This document shows, piece after piece, positions 57,866 through 64,000 of a stretch of 64,000 bases of DNA. The notes beneath the pieces were generated by a model. That model was not told the DNA's origin. It saw nothing but the letters and a program-made list of their open reading frames with translations, and searched no databases. Source of the stretch: an uncultured Dehalococcoidia bacterium (GTDB lineage: Bacteria; Chloroflexota; Dehalococcoidia; Lucifugimonadales; UBA1127); NCBI GenBank assembly GCA_913049785.1, contig CAJWXP010000006.1, positions 5,538 through 69,537 of the forward strand. The letters run 5' to 3'. The position numbers and the translations under genes were made by a program. The first letter of the stretch is position 1; each line of letters begins with the position of its first letter.

Positions 57866-58894
57866 CTAAGCCTCCTGCGGCGGTTCCCCTACAATACGAG
57901 TGTACCGCTCCACATAGTTGGGCCACGCCTCGGGGTTGGCCAGCCTGGGCGGCTTCTCCCCACGGAAGATAGCTGCCCACTGCAACGCCGCTGATTCAGA
58001 CATCGCAGCATGGGCCTGGAACGTCGGCCCGGAAACATGCTGGGTAGCCAAGACATTGTCCATAGCCAGCAAGGGATTGCCCGGCAGTGGCGGCTCTGGA
58101 TCCCATACGTCGATGGCCGCGCCAGCCAGTGCGCCTTCCTGCAACGCAACGGTCAGGGCAGCCTCATCGATGTTAGGTCCACGGGAGGTGTTGATGAAGT
58201 ACGCAGTGGATTTCATCATCGCAAACTCTTTTTTGCCGATCATGCCGCGAGTCTTTTCGCTGAGCGGCACGTGGAGCGTAATGTAGTCCGACTCACTCAT
58301 AAGGTCTTCCAAAGAACAGGGTTCGCCGCCGCGCTCCGCAATCGCCTGGTCGCTGAGGAAAGGGTCGTGCACCAGGACTCGCATAGAAAAAGCTCCCTTG
58401 CAGATGTCCGTTACGCGGGCGCCGATATTCCCCATCCCGATAACACCCATGGTCCTATTCATGACATCGTTGCCGGTGAACTCGCCTGGGCCCTTGATGT
58501 GGCCCGCCCGGAGTGCCCGGTCTGCTTGTGGGATGTTCTTGGAGAGGGAGATCATGGCCGCGATGACGTGTTCTGCCACAGGCTCGTTGCCGATGCCACC
58601 CTGGTTGACCACCAGAACGCCCGCTTCTGTACATGCATCGACATCTACCGCTTCAAACCCGGCGACGCGAGAGCCCACCGCCAGCAGATTTGGGCACTCC
58701 TCCAACAACTCCGCATTTACTTCAATCTCTCGAAGGGATAGCAAGTAGCCGTTCGCTTTTGCCAGCGCTGCTTTCGTCTCCTCAATGGATAGGCCTCTTT
58801 CATAGAAGGCCATTTCCGTGTTCTCGTCCTTGGACAACATCTCCTCGCCTAATGGGTTTGTCCAGTGCCCAAAATAGACCAATCGCTTTTTCAT
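57866..58894 (-). CDS. D-isomer-specific 2-hydroxyacid dehydrogenase family
   Basis: GVIGMGNIGARV (the NAD fold), ..NTSRG.. and HVSG are present. Confidence 0.85.
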   Translation of the reverse strand: MKKRLVYFGHWTNPLGEEMLSKDENTEMAFYERGLSIEETKAALAKANGYLLSLREIEVNAELLEECPNLLAVGSRVAGFEAVDVDACTEAGVLVVNQGGIGNEPVAEHVIAAMISLSKNIPQADRALRAGHIKGPGEFTGNDVMNRTMGVIGMGNIGARVTDICKGAFSMRVLVHDPFLSDQAIAERGGEPCSLEDLMSESDYITLHVPLSEKTRGMIGKKEFAMMKSTAYFINTSRGPNIDEAALTVALQEGALAGAAIDVWDPEPPLPGNPLLAMDNVLATQHVSGPTFQAHAAMSESAALQWAAIFRGEKPPRLANPEAWPNYVERYTRIVGEPPQEA

Positions 58895-58952
58895 GATTCA
58901 CCTCAATTTGGATGTTCACCTATAGGTGGTGGGGGGGGTCCCATCAATAACA

Positions 58953-58982
58953 AGAGGGCCGGAAGTAGCCTCCCGGCCCTCT
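58953..58982 (-). terminator. hairpin downstream of amidohydrolase 59034-60254
   Basis: A 10-bp GC-rich stem joins AGAGGGCCGG and CCGGCCCTCT. The T-run is only modest. Confidence 0.45.
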
Positions 58983-59033
58983 GTCATACCTCACTTGAAA
59001 CTCATCTGAGCCTAATGCCAGATGTCCAGTCCC

Positions 59034-60254
59034 TTATACTGGAGAGGGCGTTGCATATGCCGGGAGTGAACCACGCCATGTCTTCTCTGTAGGAGCGGGT
59101 ACGGAGTTGACCAAGGCCTGCTCCGGCCCTGTGAGTTCAAAGGGCAGATTGTAGAGTTCAACGGTGTTCTTCACCGTCATCTGCCATCGCTCCTCATCGG
59201 TGCACTCAGACAGAATCTCGTTCAACACCTGCTGAGAATGCGGGAACACAGAGTCACCGTGGGGGTAGTCATTGCCCCAGATCATAGTCTTGGTGCCAAT
59301 GAAGTCCCTGGTAGCAATGCCTAGCGGATCATCCTCAAAGGTAGCGTAGAAGTTCCGCTGCCAGTAGTGGCTTGGCATCATCGGCAGGCCGAACGTCCGC
59401 TCACCGCCTCCACGAATGTAGGCCCAGTCCAGCCGCTTGAGCAGGTGGCCAATCCAGCCTGTCTCAAACTCTGTAATAACAACTTTAAGGTTGGGGTACC
59501 GTTCCACCACACCTGATTGGATGATGTCAGCAATGGTCATTGCAGCTCCTGCGAAAGCCATGGGGCCGTTGGCACGGCTGGGAGCCTGCCTCGGAGCCAA
59601 CCCGTGGTTGTCCGTGGCGCCGGTGAAGATGTGCATATTCAAGGACATGTTCAAATCCTGAGCAGCAGCCCAGAACTTGTCATACCAGGGATCAACATAG
59701 AGGTGATCCGGTGGCGCTGTTGCAGGGATACACACGCCTACATGGCCCAAGGACTTGCAGCGTTCCATCTCTTTAATAGCATGATCCAGGTCATACATCT
59801 GCAATGCACCCAGGGCGAACAACCGGTCAGGAACAGGCTTGCAATAGTCCGTGATCCAGTCGTTGTAAAGATCAAATGTGGCCTTGACGATGTTCAAGTC
59901 TTCTATCTGGTAAACATTGAATAGGAGACTTGGGTAGAGGACCTCGGCATCAATGCCGTCCTGGTCCTGTTCCTTCACTCGCTCAGCAACGTCATAGCAA
60001 CCGGGAAGTGCCAGATCATAGCCTCGCTTCATGTCCTCCCTGGCCTTGGGGCTGGTGTAATCCGCATTCTGCTGCAAGAACCCGGCGGCCGGAAGGCCTA
60101 CCTTGCCGTTGCCCATCTGCAATTGGGGACCCATGTCCGGATTGGTCACCGCCATATGCGGTGCCCTGTCACCAAATGTCTTCTTCAGCGGTTCAAAGAA
60201 CTCTGCGGGTTCCACGATATGTGAATCGCCTGAGATACAAAGCAGCTTACCCAT
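59034..60254 (-). CDS. amidohydrolase-2 family protein
   Basis: ISGDSHIVEP at the N-terminus and WGNDYPHGD near the C-terminus. ATG at 60254 follows AAGGAG. Confidence 0.8.
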   Translation of the reverse strand: MGKLLCISGDSHIVEPAEFFEPLKKTFGDRAPHMAVTNPDMGPQLQMGNGKVGLPAAGFLQQNADYTSPKAREDMKRGYDLALPGCYDVAERVKEQDQDGIDAEVLYPSLLFNVYQIEDLNIVKATFDLYNDWITDYCKPVPDRLFALGALQMYDLDHAIKEMERCKSLGHVGVCIPATAPPDHLYVDPWYDKFWAAAQDLNMSLNMHIFTGATDNHGLAPRQAPSRANGPMAFAGAAMTIADIIQSGVVERYPNLKVVITEFETGWIGHLLKRLDWAYIRGGGERTFGLPMMPSHYWQRNFYATFEDDPLGIATRDFIGTKTMIWGNDYPHGDSVFPHSQQVLNEILSECTDEERWQMTVKNTVELYNLPFELTGPEQALVNSVPAPTEKTWRGSLPAYATPSPV

Positions 60255-60358
60255 GTTTTCTCCTTTCCTCCAACCAATCAATTATGCTAAGGGGCAGCCT
60301 CCGTGAGGCCATTATACCCCCGAAGACTGCCCCCATCTATTCTTAGTATGCCCGAGTA

Positions 60359-62182
60359 CTACTTCTTTACCGCAACAATCTCTTCCATGTGGGTCCATGT
60401 GCCATGCTCGGTACCATTCCACGTATAGTCCGCAATTACAGCCGGGTCAACAGTTGCCTCAGCTGGTAGGTACCACAAGGGAACATTGGCATGTCCGGCA
60501 AAGCTTAGGTTCCCCACTGCCGTGAGGTTAGCAGTATGCTTTGACCAGTCCATCTCAGACTGGATATTACCGACTATTTTATACATTTCCGGTGTCGCGT
60601 AACCGTTTACACCACCTGTGGCATGCCACGTCTGACGGTTGGCCAAAGCAAACACAGGGTGGGTACTACTGTTATCAACGTCCACCCAGTCAACAATGCC
60701 TTCCCCAACACCTGCTTTTCCTCCTCTGGTCGCGCGGCTCAAAGCGTTTCGTGCAGAGCGATCGATAGTGATTAACTCTACTTTGACGCCTACATCGCGC
60801 CAGTATCCAGCTACGGCTTCGGTTACATCTTCGCAACCAGCCATTACCACACAGGACCGTATTCTCGTTTTAATTACCAAGGGGTTTTTGGGATTGTATC
60901 CCGATTCCGCCAACAACGATCGTGCCGCAGCTGGATCGTAGCCATATTCAGAATCAAAATTCTTCGCCCAATCCGGGTTCCATCCTGCAAATTGGGGGTG
61001 GAAGTGGTTCAAAATCATCTTCTCACCATTGGGGGCGAAAGCGTTCATAACGTCGTCTCGGTTAATAGCCTTATTCAAGGCCTTTCGAACATTTAGATCT
61101 AAGAGAACAGCATCTGGATATAGTGGCCATCCTTCTACCCCTGTTTTCGGGTCTGGGAAGGCAGCGTAAAACTGCATCCATACGCGCGTACCAAAGTTTG
61201 AATTTTTATGGATTTCGAACCCTTTGCTCTCTGCTTGAGGTTGCAAGTCAGGTGGCAAGTTAGCCATGTGGACTTCTTTCGCCAACAAGGCGGAAAGGCG
61301 CGTTGACGTTTCATCAATCCATCGGAACTCCAGTTCCGGGAAATCGGGAGTAATCCGCCAATGGTCACCAGGTGCTCGCTCAAAGCGAACGTACTGGCCT
61401 TGTTCTCTTTCCAAGAACTGGTACGGGCCCGTCCCCGCCAGCGGGGTGCTGTGGGGCGCTGGCGGCGCGCCGTTCTTATCCCAGTCTGCTTTGCTGACGA
61501 TAGGAATCTGGTTCCACCGATCGGACATTCCAAGCAACAAGAACGCATTTGGTCGTTTCATCCGAAATATGACTTCATTGTCGCTGACCTTCTCAATGGA
61601 CTCTGTATGAAGCTTCCAGAAAATCCGAGAGAAGACATGGGCTTTATCAAACGTAATGAATTCGTCATAGAAATTAATCAAGTCATCTGCTACGAATTCG
61701 CCATTCCCGTTGTGGAACTGGACTCCTTTACGGAGCTTGACCCTCATAGATTGACCATCAGGTTCAAGTGACCACTCCGTAGCCAAACCAGGAACGAACT
61801 CACCTGCTGAATTTACGCTTATCAGGTTTTCGTACATAGGTCGAAGCTGCAAAGCATCAAAGCAACAAAACATCCGTTGATCGCTGTGCTCGTTACCAGG
61901 TGTGTTGGTAGCGAATATCATGCGATTCACCACGGGCTCAGCAGCTGCGGGCGCTTGGGCAGCAGGCGCCTGGGTAGGCGCTGGCGCTGCTGACGAAGAT
62001 GATGGGGCTGATGATGGGGCTTGAGTCGGTGCAGCCTGCGCCGGTGCAGCCGCGACACCTGAAGATGATCCGCTATCGTCGTCACTTGAACACGCTGCAA
62101 CAACGAGTAGCAGCACCATGCTGGCAACTAGGAGCCATACGATTCGATTCGATTTCTTCCAAATTTCCAATTCATCCTCCAT
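60359..62182 (-). CDS. ABC transporter substrate-binding lipoprotein, family 5
   Basis: Lipobox LVVAAC, then a Ser/Ala/Pro-rich linker and an SBP_bac_5-like body. Confidence 0.85.
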   Translation of the reverse strand: MEDELEIWKKSNRIVWLLVASMVLLLVVAACSSDDDSGSSSGVAAAPAQAAPTQAPSSAPSSSSAAPAPTQAPAAQAPAAAEPVVNRMIFATNTPGNEHSDQRMFCCFDALQLRPMYENLISVNSAGEFVPGLATEWSLEPDGQSMRVKLRKGVQFHNGNGEFVADDLINFYDEFITFDKAHVFSRIFWKLHTESIEKVSDNEVIFRMKRPNAFLLLGMSDRWNQIPIVSKADWDKNGAPPAPHSTPLAGTGPYQFLEREQGQYVRFERAPGDHWRITPDFPELEFRWIDETSTRLSALLAKEVHMANLPPDLQPQAESKGFEIHKNSNFGTRVWMQFYAAFPDPKTGVEGWPLYPDAVLLDLNVRKALNKAINRDDVMNAFAPNGEKMILNHFHPQFAGWNPDWAKNFDSEYGYDPAAARSLLAESGYNPKNPLVIKTRIRSCVVMAGCEDVTEAVAGYWRDVGVKVELITIDRSARNALSRATRGGKAGVGEGIVDWVDVDNSSTHPVFALANRQTWHATGGVNGYATPEMYKIVGNIQSEMDWSKHTANLTAVGNLSFAGHANVPLWYLPAEATVDPAVIADYTWNGTEHGTWTHMEEIVAVKK

Positions 62183-62339
62183 TTATTCTTGCCGGGCATC
62201 TGCCATCTGCAGGCCCTCTTGGCCCTCCCCGAAGCATTGGAGCCAAGCGTAGAAAGTATCTGTATATACGGTTGCTCTTGCTACACCTCCATCTACCGAT
62301 GGGTTTAGCTGAATGGCATGTAAACCGATTTCAATAATT

Positions 62340-62361
62340 TTGTCAATACAACTATTGGCAA
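62340..62361. promoter_or_regulatory. candidate LysR-type operator (imperfect palindrome)
   Basis: TTGTCAATA-caac-TATTGGCAA matches 8 of 9 arm positions. It sits 29 nt upstream of the LysR start, in the divergent spacer shared with the SBP gene. Confidence 0.35.
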
Positions 62362-62389
62362 TGTATTATTCCAAACGGGGTTAATATGT

Positions 62390-63361
62390 ATGGAAGTTAA
62401 TGACCTTTTCGCTCTAGTGACTGTCGCTAACCTGCGAAGCTTTAGCAGGGCGGCCGAAACATTGGGCCTCACGCAACCTACTCTTAGTAAAAGGATTGCC
62501 AGAGCTGAAACAGCTTTGGGCCTCCAAGTCTTGGATAGGACGAAGCGGCCTATTTCACCCACACCTCGGGGATTAGAGGTTCTTCAGCGCATTGGGCTTG
62601 CTGTTGAGATTCTTAGGGACAACCAGTCTTCCTCATCCAACATTGGTACAGGTGACTCCGTGGTTGTTGCGGCTACTGACGAATTGACTTCCACACTCAT
62701 CCTGGGTACTTCTGCTACCTTCCACCGAAAAATGCCAGGAGTGGCCCTGAAAATCGTTTCCAGTGATGCTGAAGGCCCTTACGGTCTTTTGGAGCGGGAG
62801 AAGGTTGATATTGCCATCCTTCATGCCGCTCCACGAGGGAGAGAGCTAGACTTTGAACCCCTCTTTTTGTTTGAACGAGTGTTGCTGACCCCCAGAGGAC
62901 ACGTCTTAGAAACCAAGCAGGATTCCCAGATCACTTGGGGAGATATTGCAGCATTCCCGTTGATATTAACGTCGCCAAGAATTCAGAATCACCGATTACT
63001 TGAGGATGAGCTGGCCAAACGTGAGATCCCTTACCGCGTTGCTCTAGAAGTCCACAGCTCTACCCTGGTGGCAAAAGCCGTCTCTTCCGGCTTGGGCATT
63101 TCCGTAGTGGGTAACACATCCGCCCTCCTAGAGGGTCAAGGAGGCGTTACTACAAAAAATCTTAGCCATCTGATGCCACGAGACGTTGGAGGCATCGCCT
63201 ACCGCCCAGGTCGCCCACTTTCCAGCGCAACGCAGGCATTCATGCATGAGCTGGCCGAGTTCTGCAGGAACAGGTCAGGCCTGCCAGTCCCTGATTTTGA
63301 GCGAGAGGCGAGAGGCGATAACCGAGTAACCGCCCCCACCCTCTCTCATCCCGGGCGCTAA
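62390..63361 (+). CDS. LysR family transcriptional regulator
   Basis: The N-terminal HTH reads FALVTVANLRSFSRAAETLGLTQPTLSKRI..LE..LG..L..R. The gene is divergent from a transport gene. Confidence 0.9.
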   Translation: MEVNDLFALVTVANLRSFSRAAETLGLTQPTLSKRIARAETALGLQVLDRTKRPISPTPRGLEVLQRIGLAVEILRDNQSSSSNIGTGDSVVVAATDELTSTLILGTSATFHRKMPGVALKIVSSDAEGPYGLLEREKVDIAILHAAPRGRELDFEPLFLFERVLLTPRGHVLETKQDSQITWGDIAAFPLILTSPRIQNHRLLEDELAKREIPYRVALEVHSSTLVAKAVSSGLGISVVGNTSALLEGQGGVTTKNLSHLMPRDVGGIAYRPGRPLSSATQAFMHELAEFCRNRSGLPVPDFEREARGDNRVTAPTLSHPGR

Positions 63362-63371
63362 GCGTGAACCG

Positions 63372-64000
63372 TTAGCCATTCGGCGCCTGGCCCACGATGT
63401 CCTTGTATCGTGCTACGTAAGCCGGCCAGACCTCCGGGTTCACAATGGGCACAGGGCGTCCTCCGGTGAAGATGTCCAAGACCTGCTTTCCGGCGTTCTC
63501 ACTCATGTTGTAGATTGCTTCTTGCGATGTCCCGGAGGTATGAGGAGTAGCAAGGACGTTATCCAGCTTGAGCAAGGGGTGGTCGAAGGACGGCGGCTCT
63601 GTTTCCCAGACGTCCAATGCCGCACCGGCGATGACAGCTTCCTTCAATATCTTCTCTAGCGCCACTTCGTCGTACAGGTAGCCTCGCGCGGCGTTCACGA
63701 AGAAGGCGGTGGGCTTCATCAGTCGATACTCTCGCTCGCCCATGAACCCTCGCGTCTGATCTGTCAGCGGAACATGGATGGTCACAAAGTCGGATTCCTT
63801 CAGCAAGTCATCGAGTTCGACGCTTTCGCCTCCTCGACGTGCAATCTCTGCATCACCCATGATGGGGTCATGGACCAACACCCTCATGCTGAAGGCTTTG
63901 CTCAAAATCTCTCCCACGCGAGAGCCGATCGCTCCAAACCCGACGATTCCTACAGTTTTGCCCTGCAGGTCATTGCCGGTAAGCTCTCCTTGCTTCCGCT
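63372..64000 (-). CDS. D-isomer-specific 2-hydroxyacid dehydrogenase family (N-terminus outside window)
   Basis: It is a paralog of 57866-58894, sharing ..MRVLVHDP..ITIHVPL..NAARG..HTSG... The reading frame stays open to the window edge. Confidence 0.8.
   Translation of the reverse strand, partial: RKQGELTGNDLQGKTVGIVGFGAIGSRVGEILSKAFSMRVLVHDPIMGDAEIARRGGESVELDDLLKESDFVTIHVPLTDQTRGFMGEREYRLMKPTAFFVNAARGYLYDEVALEKILKEAVIAGAALDVWETEPPSFDHPLLKLDNVLATPHTSGTSQEAIYNMSENAGKQVLDIFTGGRPVPIVNPEVWPAYVARYKDIVGQAPNG

Overview
64-kb bacterial chromosomal window, with all family calls made by eye from motifs; no searches were run. The lipoprotein-type solute-binding proteins and a tmRNA tag reading GEREYALAA suggest a monoderm, possibly a marine Chloroflexota/SAR202-like genome, but this is inference only. 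Positions 1-13.7 kb are housekeeping: apgM-like, tpiA, miaA, an HD-domain protein, dapF, a DapL-like aminotransferase, MFS, hflX, citrate synthase, an S41 peptidase, smpB and ssrA/tmRNA. A 222-bp sequence starts exactly at the tmRNA CCA end (13663-13884) and recurs at 31119-31340 at about 92% identity without gaps. Each copy carries a terminator hairpin and the 3' tail of a decayed large serine recombinase. The 17.5 kb between the copies looks like an ssrA-targeted island remnant whose cargo is a co-directional oxygenase/hydrolase array. The rest of the window (31-64 kb) is accessory-looking catabolic DNA. The window as a whole holds six intact paralogous phthalate-family Rieske oxygenase alpha subunits plus one relic, and three family-5 SBP lipoproteins. 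It has only one ABC permease pair and no ATPase. It also holds three signal-less NMT1/THI5-like paralogs, CMD/AhpD-family genes, a 2-oxoacid:ferredoxin oxidoreductase next to a frameshifted Rieske ferredoxin, a SagB-like double nitroreductase, amidohydrolases, SDRs, an M16 peptidase and a LysR regulator. The most interesting single locus is an AhpD-like gene (34504-35181). Its only interruption is an in-frame TGA exactly at the second Cys of the C-x-x-C-x3-H redox motif, followed by a SECIS-like hairpin, which makes it a selenoprotein candidate. Several genes carry single-nucleotide frameshifts or a nonsense codon, which is either real decay or assembly error. No CRISPR array, rRNA, tRNA or recognisable defence system was seen.
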